A stretch of DNA of 64,000 nucleotides, taken from the NCBI GenBank assembly GCA_021736255.1, contig JAIPGG010000004.1, positions 3,747-67,746 of the forward strand, read 5' to 3'. Positions 17,392-26,850 of the stretch are shown piece by piece. Positions within the stretch are counted from its first letter, which is position 1, and the number at the start of each line of letters is the position of its first letter. A program made the translations under genes and the position numbers. The notes under the pieces were generated by a model, which saw only the letters and a list, made by a program, of their open reading frames with translations, had not been told where the DNA came from and made no database searches. Source of the DNA: Spirochaetales bacterium. Lineage in GTDB: Bacteria > Spirochaetota > Spirochaetia > JAIPGG01.

Positions 17392-18407
17392 CAGGCGCTA
17401 CCCTCCAGATTCTTCAGAGCCTTTTTTGCTTTGCGCAATATCGGTTCACCATCGGAGGCCATTGAGGTAATCTTTTGATAGAATCCCTTGGCCTTGGCAG
17501 ATTCCTCTTTTTGCTCATAAGAACGGCCAACATGATAAAGCGCCTCCAGAAGATCCGGGTGGCGGGGATAGTTCTTTACCAGATTCGTAAACTGCATAAT
17601 TGCCTTGTCGTACTGTCCGAGCTGAAAAAAACAGCGGCCGATCTCGAACTCAGCTTTTGCAGCATATTCCTTATCACTTGACTGTTCCCGGATTTCTTGG
17701 AACACCTTGAGTGCATCAGGATACATCTGCCTGCTGAACAGGCTGACCGCCTCGTAGTAGCGCTTTGCAACATCCGACATAGTATTTGTTCCGCTGCCTC
17801 CGGCAGGCTTCTCCATATCGGCACCGCGGCTTTGTGTCACAGGGTTTGGGCCGGCCCCTTCCCCATACGCCTGGCTGTACTCCTCCGCCTTTTGAATATA
17901 CTCGGTTGAAGCGGAGGCGTGTACACCTGAAGGATAATAGGTAATATACCGCCGAAAGGCATAAAGCGCCTGAGCATAGCGTTTATTTTTCATATAATAT
18001 TCGCCAATAGTAAATAAACCTGTTTCCGGATTGGCTTGCTCACCCGAGGAAAGAAGATTCTGCACCTGTTTATGAATACGTCTAAGCTGGTTCGAAAAAA
18101 CCCGGAGCATCTTCATAATGATACGGGTGTTGCTCATTGCCAGTTTCTCGAATTCCGGAACGGTAAAAGCAAGGACGGATGCCGTTTTCAATACAACGGC
18201 CGTTTCTTCCCGGGGATACTTCCCTAATGCGGATTTGACACCGAAAAACTCACCTGTCTGAATCAAATCGTGTAGTTCCTGGCCTGTTTCAATGTCCGTC
18301 GAATTAAGACTGACGCTCCCGGATTTAAGAATGTATACACGGTCACTGACGTCTCCTTTGAAATAGATTATGGAGTTCGTCTTGTACTGTATAGCTTTCG
18401 GCGACAT
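17391..18407 (-). CDS. cyclic-nucleotide-binding-domain protein fused to TPR repeats
   Basis: N-terminal CAP effector-like domain (IYFKGDVSDRVYILKSGSV ... FFGVKSALGKYPREETAVV) and C-terminal TPR units (YAQALYAFRRYITYYP, YPDALKVFQEI, YDKAIMQFTNLVKNYP). Confidence 0.75.
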   Translation of the reverse strand: MSPKAIQYKTNSIIYFKGDVSDRVYILKSGSVSLNSTDIETGQELHDLIQTGEFFGVKSALGKYPREETAVVLKTASVLAFTVPEFEKLAMSNTRIIMKMLRVFSNQLRRIHKQVQNLLSSGEQANPETGLFTIGEYYMKNKRYAQALYAFRRYITYYPSGVHASASTEYIQKAEEYSQAYGEGAGPNPVTQSRGADMEKPAGGSGTNTMSDVAKRYYEAVSLFSRQMYPDALKVFQEIREQSSDKEYAAKAEFEIGRCFFQLGQYDKAIMQFTNLVKNYPRHPDLLEALYHVGRSYEQKEESAKAKGFYQKITSMASDGEPILRKAKKALKNLEGSA

Positions 18408-18408
18408 T

Positions 18409-19656
18409 TCAGCTTTCGTCCTCGGTCATGGAAAACGGTAAATAATCGAGATGTTTTTCGAAACCAACAGCCTTCCTAACCGTACGAAGCAGGCCGGCCG
18501 GCTCCCCGGCAACGAGCATCCGCCGGTCTGCTACATTGAGCATCTCGCCATCTACTTCCCTTTGTTCGAAAATCGGGTGAAAATCAGCCTCTCCGTATAT
18601 CGGCTTCCCCTCGAGGGTCAGAAGGGCAATATCCTCCATCCGAGCCTCGACTAATGCCTCATAGGGATCAGCTCTACGCGGTCTGAGGAATAACAAATCA
18701 GCAAACATACCGGGCTCTATCCTACCAATTCTATCATCCATTCGAAAGGCCTTTGCCGGATTTCTCGTAATCATATGCACGAGGGTTTCGGCGGGTATGT
18801 CTTCCTGGTACATTTCCCGGTAAATCCGGCGGGCAAATCGAACCTCTTCGAGCAGGTTTACAGAACCGGTGGCCGTTGAATCAGTTCCGATACTGACGTT
18901 TATACCCGCCTCGAGCATCTCGCGGATTTTGCAGGTTACATTGAACATAAAGATATTCGACCCCGGACACCACGAAACATGGGCGCCGGCTTCACTGGTT
19001 TTCCGGATATCTTCTTCGCTGAAACCGAGACAGTGTATAAACACACAATGATCATCGAGTATATTGAGGCTTTCTAGGTAGTCTATCCCCTGCTGAGATT
19101 CCTGGTCGAAACCTTCTTCCAAGTGGGTAATAAAAGGATGGTTTCTTTTTACCGCCCTCCGGTGTTCGATCTCTACGCCATCGCCCCACCCCAGATCGTA
19201 GGATGAACATTCATGAGCGAGGGTGTAGTCGGAAATGACTCGAATCGGAAGATGTGGAATGAATGGTTCGTTGAACTCATGAGGAAAATGGTCGTTTACC
19301 GTGGTTACCCCGGAAAACAGATTCTTATAGGCGCTGAGGTAGTACATTTGATCGACGGAAATATTTGAACGCTCGGCTACTACATCCGACCCTTTTAAAT
19401 CATTATCCCAATAGGACCAGTTCACATAGTACGCCCGATTTTTCGGTCCTACCCTCGGAAGATAATCCCCGCGCAGATGATCATGAATATTGATTAGTCC
19501 GGGGTAAACATAGAGGGTTCCCGAATAATCTACAAAGTGTTTATCCGCGTTTCCAACTGATCCTATACGTTTGCCTTCGATACCGATCGAACTGTTTTCG
19601 AGTACAGAATCGGGAGTAACGAGGGTAACACCCTGAAACGAATAGTGTTTTTGCAT
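18409..19656 (-). CDS. amidohydrolase-superfamily metal-dependent hydrolase
   Basis: N-terminal beta-sandwich followed by an INIHDHL metal-binding motif, and a later GTDS motif. The length is typical of chlorohydrolase/deaminase-like members. Confidence 0.7.
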   Translation of the reverse strand: MQKHYSFQGVTLVTPDSVLENSSIGIEGKRIGSVGNADKHFVDYSGTLYVYPGLINIHDHLRGDYLPRVGPKNRAYYVNWSYWDNDLKGSDVVAERSNISVDQMYYLSAYKNLFSGVTTVNDHFPHEFNEPFIPHLPIRVISDYTLAHECSSYDLGWGDGVEIEHRRAVKRNHPFITHLEEGFDQESQQGIDYLESLNILDDHCVFIHCLGFSEEDIRKTSEAGAHVSWCPGSNIFMFNVTCKIREMLEAGINVSIGTDSTATGSVNLLEEVRFARRIYREMYQEDIPAETLVHMITRNPAKAFRMDDRIGRIEPGMFADLLFLRPRRADPYEALVEARMEDIALLTLEGKPIYGEADFHPIFEQREVDGEMLNVADRRMLVAGEPAGLLRTVRKAVGFEKHLDYLPFSMTEDES

Positions 19657-19770
19657 GTGGTCCCCTTCGCGGTCTTCTTTATTATCTATCGGCAGATATC
19701 ATCATAACACAAAAATAAAGTTAAAAAAACAGCATATTGACCCTTATATTTTTGCGGGTAAGCTGTAAAT

Positions 19771-20598
19771 ATGATTGACCTCCATACTCACAGCACCGCC
19801 TCCGACGGCACTTTCGCGCCGGGAGATCTCGTCCGTTACGCTTGGAAACAGGGAGTGCATGCCATTGCTGTAACCGATCATGACACACTCGCCGGGCTCG
19901 AAGAAGCAATAAAAGCTGCAGATTCCCTTCCCATCCGTGTTCTTCCCGGTATCGAACTGGAAATCATGTACGAAGGAGGAGAGTTTCACCTCCTAGGACT
20001 CGGTCTAAAATACTGGAAAGAGGTTGCCGGGGAACTGTTGGCTCCGCTGCTCGAACGAAGAACTGTCCGTAATCGGCAGATTATAGAAAAGATGCAGGAA
20101 GCAGGGCTCGAGGTGGAATACGATGATATTCGCCGCTTGGCAGGCGGGACGATAGTAGCTCGACCCCATTTTGCCCGTTACCTGGTTGAATCCGGTTTTG
20201 TTTCTTCTATGGAAGAGGCTTTTACCTCGTATCTTGGAGTGGGAAGACCGTTCTATGTTGAACGGGAAACAATGGGGCTTGCCGAAGGGCTTCATTTTAT
20301 TCACGAAGCGGGGGGAAAAGCGGTTCTTGCACATCCGAAAACCCTGCATTTGAAAATAGACACCCTCGAATCAAAACTGAGAGAATGGAAAGCAATAGGA
20401 CTCGACGGGATCGAGTCGCTGCATTCCAATGCGCGGCCTGCTGAATGCCGGCGTTTCAGCGACTTGGCCGGCCGGCTCGAGCTTTTCATCAGTGCCGGAT
20501 CAGATTTCCACGGCACTCACCGGCCCGACCGTCGAATTGGACATTCCTGTCATGGAAGACCGATCGATGACACCTACCTTCTTCCTTTCATCGATTGA
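19771..20598 (+). CDS. PHP-domain phosphoesterase (TrpH/YciV-like)
   Basis: MIDLHTHSTASDG, then AVTDHDT, and later AHP and SDFHG metal-ligand motifs. Confidence 0.8.
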   Translation: MIDLHTHSTASDGTFAPGDLVRYAWKQGVHAIAVTDHDTLAGLEEAIKAADSLPIRVLPGIELEIMYEGGEFHLLGLGLKYWKEVAGELLAPLLERRTVRNRQIIEKMQEAGLEVEYDDIRRLAGGTIVARPHFARYLVESGFVSSMEEAFTSYLGVGRPFYVERETMGLAEGLHFIHEAGGKAVLAHPKTLHLKIDTLESKLREWKAIGLDGIESLHSNARPAECRRFSDLAGRLELFISAGSDFHGTHRPDRRIGHSCHGRPIDDTYLLPFID

Positions 20599-20610
20599 AT
20601 CAATTCTCGA

Positions 20611-20639
20611 TTGAACCTGACCGGTGAATAGACTATGAT
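20611..20639 (+). promoter_or_regulatory. candidate sigma-70 promoter of the mla-like operon
   Basis: TTGAAC, 17 nt, TATGAT. AGGAGG lies 13 nt further on, before ATG 20663. Confidence 0.5.
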
Positions 20640-20662
20640 ACAATTATCATCCAGGAGGAAGC

Positions 20663-21439
20663 ATGGTAGCCAGGATCGGACACTGGGTAAACGGGAAGAT
20701 ACGGGATTCCGTTTACGCAGCGGGCTATTTTTACGAGACTATCAAGGCCCTTTTGCTTTTTTTCAGAAGAAGACAGGTGGGCTACAAGGTCCTGACCATG
20801 CAGATGCTCTTTACCGGAGTAGAGGCCCTCGGGGTTATCTCCCTCCTGTCTCTATCCCTTGGCGCTGTTATAATCATCGAGGGTTTAATCCTTCTCCCTC
20901 AATTCGGCCAGGGAGATTTGATCTACACGATTCTTATCACCATTATAACCCGGGAACTGGGACCGATTCTTACAGCCTTCATCATCATCGCAAGATCCGG
21001 TACGGCAATATCAACGGAAATCGGAAATATGGTGGTCTCACATGAAATCGAGGCTTACGTGTCCTTTGGAATCAATCCGATATCATATCTGGTTGTCCCG
21101 CGTTTTCTTGGAGTAACCTTTTCCATGGTACTCTTGAATCTCTATTTTAACATCTTTGGGCTTATAGGCTCTTATCTGCTGGGAACCCTGATGCAGCCGA
21201 TCGGTTTTTCAGAGTATCTTAATGGACTGCTTTCGGTTTTGACGACTGCCGACATTATTTCTTCACTGGGCAAAAGTGCTGTTTTCGGTATGATTATCTC
21301 CCTGGTTTCCACTTATTACGGCTTCAAGGTCGAGCGGGCCACGACTGAAGTCCCGCAAAAGGCAATCAAAGCGGTAGGGCACAGCATTGTTTTATGTATC
21401 TTGGCAAATGTAGTGCTGACTTTGTTTTACTACTTATAG
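20663..21439 (+). CDS. mlaE: MlaE-family ABC transporter permease
   Basis: 258 aa and polytopic, with TRELGPILTA and ARSGTAI motifs characteristic of MlaE/YrbE permeases. Confidence 0.8.
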   Translation: MVARIGHWVNGKIRDSVYAAGYFYETIKALLLFFRRRQVGYKVLTMQMLFTGVEALGVISLLSLSLGAVIIIEGLILLPQFGQGDLIYTILITIITRELGPILTAFIIIARSGTAISTEIGNMVVSHEIEAYVSFGINPISYLVVPRFLGVTFSMVLLNLYFNIFGLIGSYLLGTLMQPIGFSEYLNGLLSVLTTADIISSLGKSAVFGMIISLVSTYYGFKVERATTEVPQKAIKAVGHSIVLCILANVVLTLFYYL

Positions 21440-21463
21440 GAAAAGGGGTTTGGCGTAAAAGCA

Positions 21464-22261
21464 GTGAAAGATGCGGTAAAGGTTTCCGGCTTACGGTTTG
21501 AACGAAACAATCTCTTGATTCTAGACGACATCAGCCTCTCCTTTCCGGCTGAGGCCAGTACTGTAGTAATGGGTTCTTCAGGTTCAGGAAAAAGCACTCT
21601 GCTGAAAATTGCTGCCGGGATCATCATGCCGGACGGAGGCCGAGTGGAACTCTACGGGGAAAATATTTTCGGGGTAGGAGAGAAAAAGCTGCTCCAGCTG
21701 CAAAGACGCACCGGCTTTGTTTTTCAGGATGCGGCATTGTGGGCCAATATGAGCCTTTACAGCAACATGGAGGTCCCCCTCCGTTATCACTACCCTGATA
21801 TGACCAATGAAGAGGTTGACTCTAAAATAAACCAGCTTTTAAAACGTGTTGATTTCAGAGAAGATCTGTCAGTCCGGCCGGCTCAGCTTTCGACGGGGGA
21901 GCAGAAAATTTTTTCGTTTCTCAGGGCCCTGGTAACCGAACCGGAGCTTGTTTTTCTCGATGAACCGACAACCTCTGTTGATCAGTCTTCGGCAGATAAA
22001 ATCATCAATCTGATACGAAAACTCAAAGAAGAGGGAAAAACCATTATCGCCGTTACCCACAGTGCTCGCCTTACCTCTCTGATTGCAGATTATTTGATTG
22101 TAATGGGAGAGGGAGGTGTACTGGCTGAGGGCCCATTCTCCGAAGTTATACGAACAAAAGATCAGAGAGTTGCAGACATCCTTTCCGATGTTCTGGATAT
22201 GAGTTCATCGTACGATACCGACCTGCTGGAGCTTCTCGAACCGGAGTTCGACGATGAATAA
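21464..22261 (+). CDS. mlaF: ABC transporter ATP-binding protein (MlaF-like)
   Basis: Walker A GSSGSGKST, signature LSTGEQKI, Walker B VFLDEPT. GTG start. Confidence 0.8.
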   Translation: MKDAVKVSGLRFERNNLLILDDISLSFPAEASTVVMGSSGSGKSTLLKIAAGIIMPDGGRVELYGENIFGVGEKKLLQLQRRTGFVFQDAALWANMSLYSNMEVPLRYHYPDMTNEEVDSKINQLLKRVDFREDLSVRPAQLSTGEQKIFSFLRALVTEPELVFLDEPTTSVDQSSADKIINLIRKLKEEGKTIIAVTHSARLTSLIADYLIVMGEGGVLAEGPFSEVIRTKDQRVADILSDVLDMSSSYDTDLLELLEPEFDDE

Positions 22262-22324
22262 GAAACCCACACGGCAAAGAGATTTGACAGGTAAACCTGT
22301 TACGGCTAGGATGAGGTTAGTGCC

Positions 22325-23374
22325 ATGAGATTTCGAATTCGCTATGCAGATCAGATTGTCGGGGTATTCGTGGTCCTGGCAATTGCCTTTCTCTTGTTTA
22401 TTCTCATACTCATGGGCAGCAAACAGCGCTGGTTTACCGAAGACTATTTTTTCAGCACTACGGTTCGCACGGCCAAGGGCGTAGCCTCCGGGATGGCTAT
22501 AACTCTGTCCGGTATAGAGATAGGAAAAGTCGAAGATGTTAAACTCGATGAAAACAATAATGTTAAGGTTGATTTCCTCATTTTCGAGAGTTACTACGAT
22601 CGCGTAAAGAAAAACTCGGTTATGCAGCTCACAGCCAGCGGAATCGTTGGAAAAGCCCTTATACTTCATCCCGGAATAAATAACGGGGATCCTATCCCTC
22701 CGAATACACATATTCCGTCCCTTGACTTCGCCGAGGGACAGAAATTGGCCGAAAAAGGACTGGTTACTATCTCTCAGACGCACCGATCGGAAAGAATACT
22801 GAGAATTCTCGAAGCGGTGGAACCGGTTATGGAAAATCTCCAGGTTAGCCTGGTAACGGTAAACGAGATCCTGGTAACCCTGCGTGACGCCTTGGAGGGC
22901 GATGAAAGCCGGGCCCTCGGAAAACTCATAAAAAATATCGACGATACCGTGGTGACGATCGACAAATCCCTTTCGGATACTACCGGCAATGCAAATACTC
23001 TCATCAACAATATCGATGAAGTCGTTAAAAACCTGGAAGAGTTAACCGCCGATCCCGAAGGCCTTGTACCGGAACTTCTGGGGAACAAGGGATCTATAGC
23101 AAAAATCCTGGACGATGATGAGGTGCTCTTTGAGGAAATACACACCATTCTGGTGGAACTGAGAAAAACGGCCGAGCAAGCAAGAGAGTTTTCCACCTAC
23201 ATAAATTCAACACAACCCCAGGTTTCCGGTATACTGGAAGAGGGGCGGCAAACTTTGGACAAAACCAAGGACGTATTGGAAGGCCTCCGCAACAACCCAC
23301 TCCTTAGGGGAGGGATACCGGAGGAACGAGAACAGCCGAGCACCTTCGAGAGTTATCGCGATGAAGATTTTTAA
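22325..23374 (+). CDS. mlaD: MlaD/MCE-domain protein with long helical C-terminus
   Basis: An N-terminal TM helix, an MCE-like beta domain (GMAITLSGIEIGKVEDVKLD), then a helical extension. A candidate internal promoter (TTGACA-17-TAGGAT) lies just upstream. Confidence 0.75.
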   Translation: MRFRIRYADQIVGVFVVLAIAFLLFILILMGSKQRWFTEDYFFSTTVRTAKGVASGMAITLSGIEIGKVEDVKLDENNNVKVDFLIFESYYDRVKKNSVMQLTASGIVGKALILHPGINNGDPIPPNTHIPSLDFAEGQKLAEKGLVTISQTHRSERILRILEAVEPVMENLQVSLVTVNEILVTLRDALEGDESRALGKLIKNIDDTVVTIDKSLSDTTGNANTLINNIDEVVKNLEELTADPEGLVPELLGNKGSIAKILDDDEVLFEEIHTILVELRKTAEQAREFSTYINSTQPQVSGILEEGRQTLDKTKDVLEGLRNNPLLRGGIPEEREQPSTFESYRDEDF

Positions 23375-24323
23375 CATTCAACTGATCAAGCCGGCGGCGG
23401 CAGCAGCCTGCTTATCATTCATCCTCATCTTCGGGGCCTGTTCTTCCTCTCCTGAACAGCCGGAAAACATAACTGCGGTAAAGAACCAGGCCGCCCAATA
23501 CGAGGCCTTCGGCAATAACTATTTCGAACAAGCCAAATATCAGCAGGCACTCCAGTTCTACCAGCAGGGGCTCGAGTACAATATTTCGGTCTACAATGAA
23601 CCGGGAATCGTTAAGTCTTACAACTCGATTGCCAGAGTGTTCGTAGAAACCGGCAGCACCGACCGGGCCGAACGGACCTTTCTCAAGGCTTACCGTATAG
23701 CAAAAGACCTCGACAATAACGTCCTTTTGGCTCAAACAGCCAACAATCTCGGGTCTCTGTATCTGAAAACCGGCCGGGAGGAAGAGGCTTTCGAACTTTT
23801 CCAGGAAGCCCTCGAATTGTCGGAGGGAACAGAAAAAGAAAGTGTAGAAGAATCCATCCTCTACCACAATCTCGGAATGTCATACAAACTGCGGGGCAAT
23901 TACAAACAGGCCAAATTATATCTGCATAAAGCTCTGGAGAAAAACCTTGAAAACCGGGAATTCAAGGAAGCAGCATCGAATTACTATGGGCTGGCCTCCG
24001 TCGAATCCAAACAAAACCGCTACGAACAGGCCCTCGATTATGCGCGGTCGGCTTTGGAAAACGACCGGAAAATGGAATACAGTTACGGTATTGCGAAAGA
24101 TTTGAAAGCAATTGGAATCATACAGGAAAAAGCGGGTAACCTCGAAGCTTCATATGAAAGCCTAAAAAAGAGTCTCTTGGTGTTCGGGACTCTCAATCTT
24201 GTCGAGGATATTATCGATATACTTGTACGGCTGGAGGCCGCCGCTCGCGAGCTGGGAAAGCCTAAAGAGGCCGAGGAATATGCAGCTACCCTGAAGAACA
24301 TTCGGGAAAATCAGGACAAATAA
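23361..24323 (+). CDS. TPR-repeat lipoprotein
   Basis: Lipobox ILIFGAC and multiple TPR units (YQQALQFYQQGLEYN, EEAFELFQEALEL, YKQAKLYLHKALE). Confidence 0.7.
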   Translation: MKIFNIQLIKPAAAAACLSFILIFGACSSSPEQPENITAVKNQAAQYEAFGNNYFEQAKYQQALQFYQQGLEYNISVYNEPGIVKSYNSIARVFVETGSTDRAERTFLKAYRIAKDLDNNVLLAQTANNLGSLYLKTGREEEAFELFQEALELSEGTEKESVEESILYHNLGMSYKLRGNYKQAKLYLHKALEKNLENREFKEAASNYYGLASVESKQNRYEQALDYARSALENDRKMEYSYGIAKDLKAIGIIQEKAGNLEASYESLKKSLLVFGTLNLVEDIIDILVRLEAAARELGKPKEAEEYAATLKNIRENQDK

Positions 24324-24766
24324 TGCAGAGCAACCTACCGGCATTTTTTAAAAAGGCATGTATCGGCTATACCCGTATAGGGAAAGGGGTGGTACTGCTG
24401 TCTTCCGTTATTATAGCTACTGCTGTTTTTGTTTTCGCTTTCGTCCTTCCACTCTGGGCTTTCGCAAACAATGCTCCGGAACACTTCACCTTGACCATGC
24501 TCCTGCTTCTCCTTGCCGGTTTTATCTGGGTAATAACCTCTCGAATCCGGAGAGGGATCCAGGATTTCGATGGGAATCGCTCAACATATTTAACCAAACG
24601 GCTTCTCCCAAGACTGCAAAAACTCGGAATTATTCTCGGTTTTATTGTTGCCCCTTATGGTATAGCGCTCTTGTATGTCAATTTTCATCCGGCATACGGG
24701 GGGGTCTCGACAGCTGTTTATCTTTTGGCCCTTGGAGTTCTCATTCATGGCGGGAGAGGTGAATAA
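24323..24766 (+). CDS. hypothetical membrane protein (4 TM)
   Basis: 147 aa with four hydrophobic helices. The start overlaps the previous stop (TAATG). Confidence 0.5.
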   Translation: MQSNLPAFFKKACIGYTRIGKGVVLLSSVIIATAVFVFAFVLPLWAFANNAPEHFTLTMLLLLLAGFIWVITSRIRRGIQDFDGNRSTYLTKRLLPRLQKLGIILGFIVAPYGIALLYVNFHPAYGGVSTAVYLLALGVLIHGGRGE

Positions 24767-24781
24767 AGGAACATCCCGTCG

Positions 24782-25699
24782 ATGAGGCTCATTCTCCTGC
24801 TCATTTTTAGCTTGCTCTTCCTTACCGGAGAAACGGCCCGGGCTGAAAGCTCACAAGAGCCTGGAAATATTTACCCTGAGATCGGTGCACTGCATTCGGG
24901 AAATCTCCTTTTCCGCCAACTTCAACAGGACATAAGCCGATATCACCTGCGCTCTAAGAGCAATGAACCTTTGCCCCAGCTTTTTTTCTATCAATACATC
25001 GTAAAGAAAAACCAGGATTTTTTCAGTCTGGCCAGCAGGATCAACTTGCCCTATGATACGCTGGCCAGCCTGAACGGAATCAGACACCCTTCCCAAATCG
25101 ATGAAGGTTCCCGGATTCTTATCCCGAACATGCCCGGCCTTTTTGTACCTGTCACTCCGCAAAATGATCTCGAGTATATGATGGCTGCTCTCCGTGCGGA
25201 TTCATTCGAGCCCGAAAAACTTATTAAGATAAAACGAAACGACTCATTCTACTTCCTGCCGGGAGAACGTTTTCATTCCTTGGAACGTGCCTATTTTCTC
25301 CAGATTCTCTTTCGTTTTCCGGTGGACCGCGGAAGAATCAGCTCACGTTTCGGAGTGCGCCAAAGTCCTTTTACCGGCCATCGGATTTTTCATAACGGTA
25401 TAGATATCGCCGCCGGCCGGGGCGAATCCGTGCTGGCAGCCCGCGGGGGGGAGGTCGTCGAAACAGGAGCTGATCCGATCTATGGTAAATATATTCTCAT
25501 AGATCATGAGGGAGGCTATTCCACTTTTTACGGGCATCTGGAAAAACAATCAGTTTCGTTGCATGATAGAATCTATTCGGGTATGATTATTGGTAGGATA
25601 GGATCGACCGGCCGCTCAACAGGCCCGCATCTCCATTTCGAGATCAGACGGGACAATGAATTAAGAGATCCGGTCCAACTCATGCCGAACACGAGGTAA
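24782..25699 (+). CDS. LysM-domain M23 family metallopeptidase
   Basis: Signal peptide, then LysM (YIVKKNQDFFSLASRINLPYDTLASLNGI) and M23 motifs HNGIDIAA and GPHLHFEIR. Confidence 0.85.
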   Translation: MRLILLLIFSLLFLTGETARAESSQEPGNIYPEIGALHSGNLLFRQLQQDISRYHLRSKSNEPLPQLFFYQYIVKKNQDFFSLASRINLPYDTLASLNGIRHPSQIDEGSRILIPNMPGLFVPVTPQNDLEYMMAALRADSFEPEKLIKIKRNDSFYFLPGERFHSLERAYFLQILFRFPVDRGRISSRFGVRQSPFTGHRIFHNGIDIAAGRGESVLAARGGEVVETGADPIYGKYILIDHEGGYSTFYGHLEKQSVSLHDRIYSGMIIGRIGSTGRSTGPHLHFEIRRDNELRDPVQLMPNTR

Positions 25700-26700
25700 T
25701 GATGAGGCGTCTAACTCTTTCAGGAGTTCTCTTGTTCCTGCTTTTTTCCCCTGTTTTCATGTTTGCGGAAAATATCTATGGAACGATGAGCAAGATCGTC
25801 AAATTACAAGATACCGGAAGCAGTACGGAGGAGTTTACCCTCAAGCTCGAAGAACTTGCTTCCATTACCGTTCCCAAAAACCCGAAACTTCTTCAGGGTT
25901 TTGAAGTCCTTGTCACCCTCCCTGGTTCCCTCGAGGGATATTCCAACGCCGTTGCTGGAACCCTGTATAAACGAATAAGCCCCTTACCGCAACAAAATAT
26001 CCGGAGTTACCGGGGACAAGAACTCCACAGCGCACTACTCCCCGGCAGGGGGAAACAATACTTACTGGTTTCTTTGAGTTCGGATTATCAACCTGCCGAT
26101 CAATTGAACACTACCGTCATCGAACCGATCCAAGACCCGTCGGACGCTCCTTTTCTCTTTACAATTCTTCCCACCACAAAGGGAATTCCCTCTTCAGTGA
26201 ACCAGGCTCAAATAACGATTTCAGTCCGACCGGTTTACCGGGATGCGGGGCTTCTTGAACTTACTTTACTGAATGAATCAATAGAACTCGAAGCAATTCA
26301 AATTCAACTCGATGGTAACGAACTCGCCGGTATTGCCGCTCTGCCGAATGTGCTTTCTTCCGGTTTGCATACACTTAGCATCTCCGCACCTCGATACAGA
26401 CAGGAAACGGTTCGTTTTACTGTTGAACCGGGTAAAAGGCGTGAAGTCAAGATTGAACTGAAACAAACCCGTACCGCTCTCATTTTCGAAGCCCCTACCG
26501 GTACTGAGGTCTTTCTCGATGGGGAAATGGTAGAGACCGGAACCTCCATAGAGGCGGTCGAACCTGGTACGCACACGGTCACCTATTCTCTCGGCGGATA
26601 CAGACTGACCAGAAATATCGAACTGGCAGAGGGGGCTTCCTATCGGGTCAGTCTCAATATGGATATTAAACTTTCTTTAGAAAATCAGACGAAACAATAA
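25699..26700 (+). CDS. exported PEGA-domain-like protein
   Basis: Signal peptide. The C-terminal segments resemble PEGA repeats (APTGTEVFLDGEMV...VEPGTHTVTYSLGGY). Confidence 0.55.
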   Translation: MMRRLTLSGVLLFLLFSPVFMFAENIYGTMSKIVKLQDTGSSTEEFTLKLEELASITVPKNPKLLQGFEVLVTLPGSLEGYSNAVAGTLYKRISPLPQQNIRSYRGQELHSALLPGRGKQYLLVSLSSDYQPADQLNTTVIEPIQDPSDAPFLFTILPTTKGIPSSVNQAQITISVRPVYRDAGLLELTLLNESIELEAIQIQLDGNELAGIAALPNVLSSGLHTLSISAPRYRQETVRFTVEPGKRREVKIELKQTRTALIFEAPTGTEVFLDGEMVETGTSIEAVEPGTHTVTYSLGGYRLTRNIELAEGASYRVSLNMDIKLSLENQTKQ

Positions 26701-26821
26701 CCATTCAACATAAAGAGGTTAATGTTTCTTCAGCGTTTGTCGATATTTTCAATGTCGGTGCCTTACTATAGTTCCCCTCCCAGTTCACTATATGAGAACC
26801 GACACCATGGCAACATGGGAA

Positions 26822-26850
26822 GGCCGGCTCAACAGCCGGCCTTTTTTTTT
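26822..26850 (+). terminator. Rho-independent terminator
   Basis: A perfect 8-bp stem GGCCGGCT/AGCCGGCC with a CAAC loop, followed by T9. Confidence 0.8.
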
